Assembly: GCA_040285825.1 (NCBI GenBank)
Contig: JAUPSS010000004.1
Coordinates: forward strand, 3,080,550-3,144,549
Reading direction: 5' to 3'
DNA: 64,000 nt
DNA from: Eukaryota sp. TZLM1-RC
Taxonomy: Eukaryota; Protista; Metamonada: BaSk clade
Below the pieces are notes generated by a model, which was not told where the DNA came from, searched no databases, and was given only the letters and a program-made list of their open reading frames with translations. Made by a program: the position numbers and the translations under genes. This document shows, piece after piece, positions 1-10,762 of this stretch; the first letter of the stretch is position 1; each line of letters begins with the position of its first letter.

Positions 1-845
1 AAGGGTGTTTGTGAAAACAAGTCATCAGATTCTTCACTTTTTGTAACCATTGTACCACGAAGATTTGGATTGTGTGCCACTAATGAAGCTTTTGTAACAA
101 AAATGAGATTGTATTTGAATATCCCCATTAATCAATTATTATCAAAAGAAAAATGTATTTGTTCGAATTCACCTCAACTCACTTTGCGCCATGCTCTGAA
201 TTGCTCTAAATTGAAAACTTATCGTTCTTCATTACATGATCCTGTTAGAGACACTGTTTTCAATATGGCACAAACTGCAAGAATATCGTGTATCAAAGAG
301 CCCCTGCTGAAGGAAACACTTTCTCTAAATATTTTTGGTTCTGATGATAGAGGTGATGTATACTGTGATTGGATTGATAATTCTGAAGCTGTTGTTGACT
401 TTGTCTCATGTAATGTTGCAAATGATACTTTGGTTCACAGAAGGAAACTTAATCATGTGGCTGATCTTGATTTTAAAGCAAAAGAGAAACATAGAAAATA
501 TAATAAAGATATTGAAGAGGCTAATGCCGATAGAAATACACAGCTGGTTTTTATTGCTTTCCCATTTTCGATAAATGGAAGATTATCAGATGAAGCAGAA
601 ACTTTTTTGAATGACTTCCAAAAAATGGTGCAAGAAAAAACAATGAAAAGATTTGATATTTTTTTATGGCGTTCACGGATTCAATTTGCCATTATTAATA
701 GATTACCTCGGTTTTTCAATCGAATAAGAGAAGCTTTAGCTAGACAGCAAGCAGATCAACATTTTGTAGAAGAAATCTTGGCTCAATGATTGTCGTCCCA
801 TTAGTTATGAGTTAATTTAATTAAGTGTGCAAATTCAATAAATAC
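1..845 (+). mobile_element. CRE-like RLE non-LTR retrotransposon, family A, 3' portion (ORF 70..789: CxC..H..C knuckle plus restriction-like endonuclease)
   Basis: ORF has CICS..HALNC, LHDPVRD, EP, RGD..D..DFV, K..KY, FPFSING: the RLE layout. It ends in AATAAA and is nearly identical to 59839..60684. Confidence 0.85.
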
Positions 846-1089
846 ATTCTATTTAAAGGTCTTTCTCGTTGTATTAACTCATTTTTAATGTTACTGATTA
901 TATTAACAAGCGATTTGTGAGTGGAATTGATAACGCAGGGGTCCAGTGGTCGTAGTGGTCGTAGTGGTCCATACGGTATCGAGAGTTCACCTAAAATTCA
1001 GAAAATTGAGGAAGAAAGAGTATATTTTACATAGTCACTGGTTGATCGATGATGATGGAAAACCTGTTTATCTTCTAGTTTTGTTTTAA

Positions 1090-1310
1090 TTATATTCTAC
1101 TAACATATAATCATAGCTCGCACACACCACTGGGGTAACAACTGACTCAGAAAACTGTTTCTTCAAGATATACACGTCTCTGATTTCCATTTAAATTGGT
1201 TTCAAAATCTCTGATCAGGTAATAATTCTTATATTAAATAAAATAGGTACAACGACATTCCAAAATTGTCCCAAACCTGGAGAGGTGTTTGTAGAGTGTA
1301 CGAACATCAA
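1090..1310 (+). pseudogene. Degenerate relic of an LTR-retrotransposon integrase C-terminus
   Basis: Across frameshifts reads TYNHSSHT-TGVT ... FKISDQV ... KLSQTWRG, resembling the YN..H..TG.TP, F..GD.V and KL.P.W.GP integrase motifs. Confidence 0.4.
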
Positions 1311-2149
1311 AATGAAAATGTGATCACCATGTTTTATGATAGAAAGTCGATATGTGAGTTGAGCTCCCAAAAAGAAGGCATCTTGAGAACCATAACAAAT
1401 GTCAATAATTCAAATCGGCGTAGGGAGAAGATTTGTCATAACCATTCTCATGCCTGGTGATATTAAAGATTTTACAGATGAAGAAACAGTCCATAACAAT
1501 TTCTTAATCCACAATCTGCCGTGAATCAATTGGGAGTGAATGAAGCACATGGCTGTAAATAGTCAGTATGATTCAGATGAGATCCAATATGTAGGTATCA
1601 TCAAAAAAAATCGTGAACCACTGATACACTACCAGCAGCAGTTACAAGACTTTCAGGAATTGGAGACGTATGGTGATGTAATTTGGCGCTATTTTTCAGA
1701 AGTTTACACAAGTGAATAAGAAGAGTGGGAGACTTTGGTAACAGTAACAGTTGAAAGGTAAATCGAGCTGATGCTGCTGAACACTAATAGAGATACATCG
1801 GATAGTCATTTGATATCTTTGTGAAAATTTGCAACCATTTTGAAATTACAATTTGCAATCAGCATGTCAGACATTTCTCAGCGAGATTCTCCCGACACTT
1901 CACATTCTTTTAACATCACGCAGCAAAAGGAGAAAAAGGATAACGATGTAACGGACTCAATTGTGACCTCCTCTTTCAACTTCTTCTTCACAGAACTGCA
2001 GAGTACTTCCTCCCGATCTCCTCAGTCCGGAACAGTAATCCTGCTTTACAAGAATAAACGGAAAGTCAGAGTCTCGATTTTCTATCGGAATCGTCGTTCT
2101 GTTTTTTCTGTGGGTGTAGAGTATTACACTTTTTTCAGTCATCTTGTGA

Positions 2150-2560
2150 GTCATGATATGTGTGCTATTGAATTAGCCGTGCTGATATTCACCTTGGATA
2201 TGGGATGTTCTTGATTGTGTTTTGTTTTGAATTGTTATTTTGATGTTTTTGATTTTGTTGATTTCTTTGTTTTAGGTACTTGCACTTTGAATATGAGATG
2301 TTTTTCTTGTTTATGTATTTTTTTTTGAATTTTTATCTTGCTGTAATTGAGTTTGTTGTTTTTTGTGATTTAGCTACTTGTACTGTAGATATGGAATGTT
2401 GTTTTTGTTTGTGTTTTGTTTTATATTGTTGTTATTTTGATGTTTTTGATTTTGTGGATTTTTTTGGTTTAGATACTTGTACTTTAGATAAAGGATGTTG
2501 TGTCTTAAATTGTTATTTTGATAATATTGAGTTTGATGATTATGTTAATAATTTATGTTT
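2150..2560. repeat. Imperfect tandem repeat, about 4 units of roughly 90-100 bp, T/G-rich
   Basis: Recurrent ttgttattttgat...gattttgt.gattt..tacttg.act.t.gata.gg.atgt blocks. The minus strand reads as K/Q/S-rich low-complexity peptide with stops. Confidence 0.6.
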
Positions 2561-2767
2561 TGAATCCTGTAGCTGTCAACATTTTCTATCAACAAACCCA
2601 TTTACTGTTGATTAACAACGAGATTTTGAAACAAATCCTGGTCCCAGAAAAAGAAGATCCATTTGTAAATCAACTATTTCATCAAAAATTATTACCAACA
2701 AACATCAAAGTGTAAGCGGAAAGAACAACAAAATGTACTAAAGAAACAAATTTGTGTTGAAAATACA

Positions 2768-5700
2768 ATGTTGAAAATCGAGAACAGAAAAATTTTGACA
2801 AAAGAACCATTGAAATTGAGTATGGTCAAAAAAATTAAGCCAAGTCTCAGTGGCTTCAAGCCTGATCCTTTGATTCAATTCAAATCAACGACAACAAATC
2901 AAAATCTTCTTGTGGTTATGTGCATTGATCTTGAAACATATCAGGATGGTTATCTTAACCAAAATCATGATGACCATTTTCTCCCTCCTGGTGAAGTTGT
3001 CAACAAAAAGAGAAAAGAGGGTGCAAAACTTTCGAAAAAGAAAACTGATGAGCAAATGGATGAGTGGATTTCCAATCAAAAAGTGTTTTTAATTTCGATT
3101 GTTATTGGCAGATTTGACCAACACAATTTCTTTTTAAAAAGCAAATATTCGTTATTATTGAAGATGAGTTCCCAAATTAGATCTTTACCTGAAATTAATA
3201 TGAATGTTCATGCAGAATTATTCTTCAACGAGGAAACTTTGCTTCGTAGATTTTCAAACCTTATTGACAATTGTCAACCACATTGTTTATTGAATCACAA
3301 TTTAATCAAATTTGATTTACAAGTATTGAAAAATCGAGTCAATGAATTTAATTTATCATTTCACACTGTTGCAAATGATCCAATGCACTCAATCAACTTT
3401 CACCAAAATGGAGAAAAATTGTCATCAGGGAAAATGGCTTTAATCTTTTAGATACTCCGGTTTTTGCCAAGAAATTTTATAAAAATCCTCTACGGACATG
3501 GATTAGGTAATCTGGCATATAAAAAGGTTAAGAAAAGAAAACCAAAATTCATCAGGAATTTTCCCATATTTTGCCAATTGATTTCTTTAGCTAATCCTCC
3601 TTTGATACAAAATTCTATTCAATATGGACTTCATGATTGTGTCCTCTGCCTGAAACTTTCCTGCTGTTTTAGGAAGACAAATTCATTTTATCATCTTATA
3701 AAACCATTCATGCAACCGTCAACTCAATGGTTAAACATTCAAATGTGATACTCAAATTGAGAAAAACTGCTGTAAAATTTCAACAGTTGCGAATTCATAC
3801 TAAATGTTGCCTGAAGGTGTATTGACAGTCCACATTTGAAGGTAATTTACTATTACCTCAAACATTTGCCAAATTATACGAATCATTAATGGCCAGAATT
3901 CGTTATATTTCAGCTGAGTATTATGGGCAAGAAATGGTGAAACCAAAAAGTGCATTTCCACAGGACTTTGAAGACTTTGTTTATGGTGAAGGAGTTTATA
4001 CTTTAAGAACTACCTTTGAGCAACATAAGTTAAACAAAACATTGAGTTATCTTGATCATTTGAGACAGAAGCCTGAACAGTTTCCACGATTTCCAACTGA
4101 TGGTTTCAGTATACCACCTGAGTAAATGGCCCCAGTATTGTTTGAAAATAATTTGAAATTAAATTATGAAAAACATATTAATCGATTTATCAATGTTTAT
4201 TTTGACAAAACAGATGTGGAAAATATGTTAGCAGAAATGCACAAACCGGGTAAATACTCAACGCCATTATCTACAATTATTTCACTATATAGATTCAGGC
4301 TTCGTCAGTACAAAAACTTGTGTTTAGTTGAAGATAGAAATTGTTCTTTGTTTCATCATCCAGAAAATATTTCAGACCTTCTTAATGATGAATTTTTCTA
4401 TTTATGTGAACAACATGATATAAGAAATAATGAACTTATAGACATCTTTGAGGGTCTTATTGAGCCATTCACTTGTCAAATTGAGAATTTGGTCACTGAC
4501 GAGAATTTAGTTGATAACATATTTCCAGTGGATATACATTTTCTTGCAGACGCTGTTGAAAAAGATCATCAAGTATTCCTAAAACCAGCAATTACAATTG
4601 CCCAATATATTTCCAGTAGGGAGAAAACCTTATCAAATTTCTCCTGTTTCAACCACGGTAGGTCCTGGATATTTTCCTATTGATACAAGAACAATATGGA
4701 CAATTGTTAAACAAACAATAATTGATGATTTATCATCAACACAGATGCTGAAAATGTACAATACACAGGCCCAAATTACGAAATTCAAACCACCTGAGCA
4801 ATTTGACTTTTGGTCTAATATTCTAGATTTAAACCAACCAATGTTCAAACAGAAGAGCTATAAATTCAACAACATTATCCACACAAATGGATTTAATATT
4901 GCAGTAGAATTTGTTCGTCAGGATTTATGAGGTCAGAAATGTAAGCCAAACAACAAGGCCAGTGTTTCTGATTTATATATTAATGACGTTGATTTTGATG
5001 CTTTTCAAGACAAACGAATTGTTGTTTGTGATCCTGGAAAACGTGATTTATTGTATTTTGGGAGTAAAAAAACGGATCAAGAATTAGCATGGTTCCTGAA
5101 CATTAAACTGAACAGCAAAGTAATAGTTGGGTGATGAATCAAGACAAGAAATTCAAATGGTTGAGAATGACTCAGATGTCTTGGTCTTTGAAAAGTAGGA
5201 TGAATGAAAAACAAAAACGATGGGTGATAAAGTATACTGAGGTAGATTACGACAGGAACCAAATGATAAAATGTAACGAAATGACAATTGAAGATGCAAA
5301 CACCGAATTGTCCGTTTTTGCTGCCAATTCAGCAACTTTTATAGATTTTTCCAACTTTGTCGTTGTCAAACTTCAGCAAGCTTATTTGAAAATTGACTTT
5401 TACAGTCTTGACTTGTGGAGCATTCATAAGATGCAAGCTTTTATTCACAAGCAAAAGACTGAAAGTTGGTTGTTAAAAAAACTTGTTCAGCAGTTTGGCA
5501 ATCCAAAAGACACTTTAATACTAATGGGTCATTATGGTAAAAAAAGTTCCAAGAATTTGAAACAACAGAGACCTACTCCAGGCAGTGGATGGACTCAATT
5601 TCTGAAAATGAATGGATTTGAAGTATTGATGATTAATGAAGCTTTCAATTCGGCAAAATGTCCTGTTTGCTTTGAAAAGGTTGCTACGTCTTTTGAGATT

Positions 5701-5917
5701 AACAGATCCCAGATTCTATAGAAGAGAAAAGACTCCTGTTACTACATGTCATGGTTGATTAGCTTGTAACAGTGACAGATGCAAACTCAGTAAGAAAGGC
5801 TCAACAAAGCTTTTCAATAGAAATAAGCTGGCTTGTCTGAATATGTTTGCAATTGCTGAAACCAGAATGAGTGGCAACGAAAGGCCTCAGTACCTGTGTA
5901 GTAGATTGTTTTGGTAA
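2768..5917 (+). pseudogene. Fanzor1 (TnpB-like RuvC) with N-terminal PolB-type DEDDy 3'-5' exonuclease domain, copy 1 (frameshifts and stops)
   Basis: ExoI DLET 2927-2938, ExoII HNLIKFD 3296-3316, ExoIII YGLHD 3623-3637. Fanzor N-term YKTIHATVNSMVKH from 3697; FNNIIHTNG; RuvC-I VCDPGKRDLLY (DPG 5030-5038); QFGNPKDTLILMG; RuvC-II INE (5638-5640); CPVC...CHG*LACNSDRC zinc finger; RuvC-III FNRNKLACLN (5816-5824); RPQYL C-terminus. Confidence 0.85.
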
Positions 5918-5990
5918 TTGTTCTACCCATGTGTGTGGGGAATTCCATTTTCAAACTCTCAACTCCCCCAATCTATATTGTCTTCATTAA

Positions 5991-7022
5991 ATGTTGACCA
6001 TAACTCAACTGGATGCGCTCTATGACTGGCAGCATCAGTCTTTTTCTTCCTCCGAAAGCTCTCTCCTCGAGTCGTTACATCATTTACATTCTTTTATAAC
6101 TCATGAGTCTTTGTTTTCAAGCAATGAGGAGCTAGACGACGTCAGTACCTCCTCTCTCCCTTATTTGCTTGTTCCTTTCTTCCTTGGTATAGCTACCTCC
6201 AACTCATCATCCTTATCCCGCCTACAAGCCATTTCACACGGCAAGTCTTACCTCAACACCTTCACTACTCTTGCCTATAACTACAATATCCTCTCTGAAT
6301 CTCTCATCTCATCATTTTCTTTGCTCTCCGATGACCTGAAACCAAAAGAGGTAGACGCTTATGAGAAGAGGAAGTTTCTGGTGCTGAGGCAGAAGAGAAT
6401 TAAGGAACTGCTTTCCCTTATTGAGCCAATTAATGTAAATACATCTGATGAAGAAAACATTCGCCAGCATTACATCATTAAAATAGAATTAGCAGTTGTA
6501 GTTACGTTCAAAACCTTGGAATTTTTGGTTCAGGAAGAAAATATGCTAAAAGAAGTCGAAAAAATGAAAAGTGAAGGTCGAGATGTGGTTTCGGAATATC
6601 AATCAGAAAAGGCCAAAATGTTTAGAAAACCTTTGACCAAATTGACAAGAGAAGACTTGCAAAAGAAATCTTTAGATTTAGGTCAAAATAGTAGGTCAAA
6701 TCTCCCTCTTAGTCACGTCATGGGTCAAGGCAGGTCAAGGCAGGAGGTCAATAATCAAGTTTTTGATGTCAGTCACCGGTTATTTACTATTAGTTCAGAA
6801 GAAGCAGATCAAATGGAAGCTGAAAGAATATTTAATAGAATGGAAAAAGAAGAAAAAGAGAAAATTCAACAAGAAATTCATCAGCGGCAACTACAGAATC
6901 AATCATTTTACATCGATTCGACTATTGATTCGACTGATTTTCAAACTTACAAAGATCGTTATTGGGATGATTGGAAGGATGCAAATCCCAAAGGGACCGG
7001 TAACAGTTTGAGGGGGAAATAA
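5991..7022 (+). CDS. TAP42: TAP42/IGBP1 (alpha4) PP2A-associated protein
   Basis: LFSSNEELDDVSTSSLPYLLVPF N-terminal motif and C-terminal WDDWKDANPKGTGN. Confidence 0.9.
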   Translation: MLTITQLDALYDWQHQSFSSSESSLLESLHHLHSFITHESLFSSNEELDDVSTSSLPYLLVPFFLGIATSNSSSLSRLQAISHGKSYLNTFTTLAYNYNILSESLISSFSLLSDDLKPKEVDAYEKRKFLVLRQKRIKELLSLIEPINVNTSDEENIRQHYIIKIELAVVVTFKTLEFLVQEENMLKEVEKMKSEGRDVVSEYQSEKAKMFRKPLTKLTREDLQKKSLDLGQNSRSNLPLSHVMGQGRSRQEVNNQVFDVSHRLFTISSEEADQMEAERIFNRMEKEEKEKIQQEIHQRQLQNQSFYIDSTIDSTDFQTYKDRYWDDWKDANPKGTGNSLRGK

Positions 7023-7976
7023 ATGTTATAATAATATTTAATTAAAATTTTAAGATATTGGAAAAATTAAAAAACTTTATTAGAATGCTAAGAAATGTTA
7101 TAAATGATAATTTAATTGTTTTAATAAATTCTGGGTTGTTGTTAGTTTTTTTCACATTATGAAATCCAATCTTTTCAAAAAAAATTTGCCAATCAGACAT
7201 TTTTTTATTTCTTGACTTTTTCAAACAAATCAACTATAGAAAAATTATTTTGGAAATGAGGAAACGAGAATTATCAATTACTCAACTAGTAGACAATTCG
7301 TTCAAGCCTTCCTACTGTGGGATAAAGATCAACTTACTTGATGAAGTTATTACTTGTGTAAATCATGATTGAGAGGTTGGTTTATTTGAAGAGGTTATCA
7401 TTATATAGTTTTTGAGAAAGAATTAGCAGTGTGGATCTTCAATTGTCATAGTTTGTCTGGACCATATTTGCCTTTCTTGTGAAGAGTTTTCCCGGAAAAA
7501 TAACCGATTAATGGTTAATGGTATCCGGAAAATGGAAAATTTTCCATAATTTGGTTACTTTCAATAGTTGCACTGAGTCCTCATATTGTACTAATGAAAA
7601 GGGTATCAATCGTAATACCAAATAAAACTCGAATTAATTACGTTTAAAATGATATAGTTTACATATATAGTTTGAATGAAATATTGAATTAATTGTTTTA
7701 TTTTTGAACTTTTATAATATCCCTATTTCCAGAATACAACGTATTGGGTCTCATAAAGAAGTAAATGACAAAAATAGTGTGGAAAATATCCAAAAAAATT
7801 CAAGAAATTCAAGTAAGGAATTCCCAAGTTTAGCAAAGAAAGTACAAATTGATTCAAAAAATTAACTAAATCAATTTAAAATTAACCTTAATCTTTGGTT
7901 AAAAAATTTCAACCAAATAACAACAATGATTTAACTTTAAAGGATCAAAAATCAAAAAGACGTCACAGGACTTCCT

Positions 7977-10709
7977 TCATGTTTTGAACTTATTTTGAAG
8001 CCAAATTGGTTCACTTTGATTTATTTCTTCTTCAATTGAGTTGATGAAATTTTGACGAATTTGAGCCATTTTAAACAAAGTAGTCACTTCATTGAGAACA
8101 ATATCATGAAAAACTATTCTATTTAAATCCATATACTTTGCTGAACTTTCCCTATGTTTAACCAATGATTCGTGATATGAAAGTTGTAAGGAACGTACAC
8201 TACCTAAGATTCCTCGAAGACAACTAACATTTTGGTGGGTGTCAAAAAAGGTCAAATTATCAACATGATTAATAGACTGGCAAAGACTTTTTAAATGATT
8301 TCGTTCACTACTATTGCCGTACTCAGTATTATCCAAAATTTGCTTCACCATTGGTTTTGTTAGTAAAATTATTTTGTAAAGAGGGAAAGTTAATCGATCT
8401 GATTGCGACAAGCTGTCAATTTTCGAAAAGAGATCAATAGAGATCAATCCAGAATTGACAACAGCTGCTGCGAATGGTGAAAATTTCAATTCATTTTCTT
8501 GGGAAATATCATTTGGAGTTGGACTAAACAAGATTGACTTCCTGAACAAGGACAGCACATCAGAAATGGTCAAAAATTTGAATTGAGTAGTGATAAACTT
8601 CATAAAATTTATTAAAGGTACCTTTTTGCTTTTTTGTTCCAAAAAGAGCTCGAATAAAGATTTTCTCAAGTTTTTAATGAATTTTCTTTGATATGAATTA
8701 ATATAAAAATTCAGCAATGATTCTATAAGAACAAAAAATGGATAGTTGTTGTTGGAAATCAACCTTGAATCAAATAAGTCATCTGTATGTAACCCAAAAT
8801 CTGACAAACAATGAATGATATTGGAATTTAATACGAAATTAATGTCTACTATTGGAGGTAAGGAGTCATTTGATAGAGAATCAATGGAAAAAGATTGTAA
8901 ACATTTGAAAAAGAATAGTAAGACATCTGGGGAAAATTCTTCTGTCAAAAATTTCAGCAAAGTCGATAGTTCTGATCTTGTCGACTGTTGTTGGATTGAG
9001 TTGGAATCGAAATTTTTAAAATTTAAGGCTGTAACAATAGCTCGCTGACAGTCAAAGGAGTCAAAATGTAGGGCAAAAAGTTCAGAAATGCGAGGAAAAT
9101 TAAAGAAAGTTGAAGAATTTAAATCATTTTCAGTTAAATAGAAATCACTTCTTCCAACACCACTACCATAGGCTAAAGGTGAAAAATTCAAACAATAAAT
9201 ATTTTGCAAATTATTTAAAACTTTTCTGAAAGAAAGCTGAATATCAGACAATTTCCAATCACTTATTTGATTACTTCCCGAGCAAAGACAGCCAAAAGGT
9301 AAAAATAAGAAAAATCTAGAAAATTCAGTTAAAGAATTACCTTGGCCTAAATGATCTTTTACCTCAGGATCAATGGTGACAAGATCAAAATTTGATTTGT
9401 TTTGAGCTCTTTTCTCTTCTTGCTCTCTTATATATGCTTCAAGCTCATCAACTTTGTATGACAAATTTTTAGTTTTTGACTGTAACATGTCAATCATCCG
9501 ACTGTCAGCAAGACTTTGCTTGACTAGTTTCCGATTTTCTTCAAAAACATCATTGATATTCTTGACCTTATTGGACCCTTCGGACGACATACTCTTTTTT
9601 ACCATATCTTCAAGCCTTCTCATTCGTCCTACTAATTCTCCCAAGTCTTTCCAATTCCAACTGACTTCCTTTGACCCAACCCCCACATCAAATCCAAGAA
9701 GTTTCAAGGAAGTTTCTAATTCTAGAGACTTGGTTGCCAAATCATTGATACCAGGATTTAGTTTATGATTATACTCAGCACATTCAGGGCAAATTTTGGT
9801 CAATTCAATCAAATTTTGGTCGTTTTCATTTTCAGAAGGTATTTCGTTGCTTGAAATGGATGGAGTTAAAGTTTTAACTGAATAGCTGTTTCTTAATCTT
9901 TTAGGTTCATTTGAACTTTTTTTAAATTTGGAAATCTCTTCTGAAAGCTCAACTATTTTGTTTTTATACAAATCTAACTGAATTAATTCACCAGAAACAG
10001 AATTCTTATAATTTAAATGTTCTGATTTCAGAGACTTAAATAATTGATGCAACGATAAAATAGTGGCATGTAATTCATTTCTTTTGGCTTTTTCAGAACT
10101 TAATTGTTTTTTTAATTCAGATTCTCTATTGCTAAAATCTTTAATTATTGAATTTTGAGAATTTTTATTTCTCGTCGATAGAGTTGCAATTTCTTGTTTT
10201 AAAACATGAATTTCCTTCTTATATTCCCCCTCCATATTAGAATAAGCCTCCTTAAATTGAATTCTCTCTTGTTTTCGCAGACCCTTCTCCTTCTCCAATG
10301 ACTGATGGATCTTATTCAGCACAGTGACTGAAAGTTTCCCCACAGCGCTAGCCTCGGAGCACCAAGATGTGAGAATGGACGAGAAGGAAGAAAAAACAGA
10401 CGATAGGCGAGAGATCCAACGCATAGAAGAGTCAAGATTGACAAAAGAGATTGAGGTTTGTGAACGATTGTGGTGGGAGGAAGAGGGCCTGGCATCAATT
10501 TCTAAAAGAATTTCCTTGATTTGGGAGGTTAGCAAGTGGATGTCCCCACGATGAAGAGACATTGAGGTATTTCTTGCATTAGGAGTGTCAGTGGGAATTC
10601 CTAACGAAGAATGAGATCTTTTGGGAGTAGTACGGAAAGAATTAGATAACGAAGATGCATTAGATGTGCTTACTGGCATATTATAAGAAGAAGATCCATA
10701 GCATTGCAT
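7977..10709 (-). CDS. Hypothetical 910-aa protein with N-terminal coiled coil
   Basis: Long intact ORF, head-to-head with ALG1. No family recognised. Confidence 0.75.
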   Translation of the reverse strand: MQCYGSSSYNMPVSTSNASSLSNSFRTTPKRSHSSLGIPTDTPNARNTSMSLHRGDIHLLTSQIKEILLEIDARPSSSHHNRSQTSISFVNLDSSMRWISRLSSVFSSFSSILTSWCSEASAVGKLSVTVLNKIHQSLEKEKGLRKQERIQFKEAYSNMEGEYKKEIHVLKQEIATLSTRNKNSQNSIIKDFSNRESELKKQLSSEKAKRNELHATILSLHQLFKSLKSEHLNYKNSVSGELIQLDLYKNKIVELSEEISKFKKSSNEPKRLRNSYSVKTLTPSISSNEIPSENENDQNLIELTKICPECAEYNHKLNPGINDLATKSLELETSLKLLGFDVGVGSKEVSWNWKDLGELVGRMRRLEDMVKKSMSSEGSNKVKNINDVFEENRKLVKQSLADSRMIDMLQSKTKNLSYKVDELEAYIREQEEKRAQNKSNFDLVTIDPEVKDHLGQGNSLTEFSRFFLFLPFGCLCSGSNQISDWKLSDIQLSFRKVLNNLQNIYCLNFSPLAYGSGVGRSDFYLTENDLNSSTFFNFPRISELFALHFDSFDCQRAIVTALNFKNFDSNSIQQQSTRSELSTLLKFLTEEFSPDVLLFFFKCLQSFSIDSLSNDSLPPIVDINFVLNSNIIHCLSDFGLHTDDLFDSRLISNNNYPFFVLIESLLNFYINSYQRKFIKNLRKSLFELFLEQKSKKVPLINFMKFITTQFKFLTISDVLSLFRKSILFSPTPNDISQENELKFSPFAAAVVNSGLISIDLFSKIDSLSQSDRLTFPLYKIILLTKPMVKQILDNTEYGNSSERNHLKSLCQSINHVDNLTFFDTHQNVSCLRGILGSVRSLQLSYHESLVKHRESSAKYMDLNRIVFHDIVLNEVTTLFKMAQIRQNFINSIEEEINQSEPIWLQNKFKT

Positions 10710-10762
10710 CTTTTGGAGGGGAATTTATTTAAAGTTACAAATCCCCAACCTAATCAGTAGCA
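10710..10762. promoter_or_regulatory. 53-bp bidirectional promoter region
   Basis: Divergent ATGs at 10709 and 10763, with oppositely oriented TCCCC..CAA motifs (10713-10722 minus, 10742-10748 plus). Confidence 0.55.

Noticed and set aside
2768-3748. DNA polymerase B gene of a Polinton, virus or host
   Set aside because: Only the exonuclease motifs are present. No polymerase motifs follow, the downstream sequence is Fanzor, and no capsid, ATPase or protease genes are nearby.
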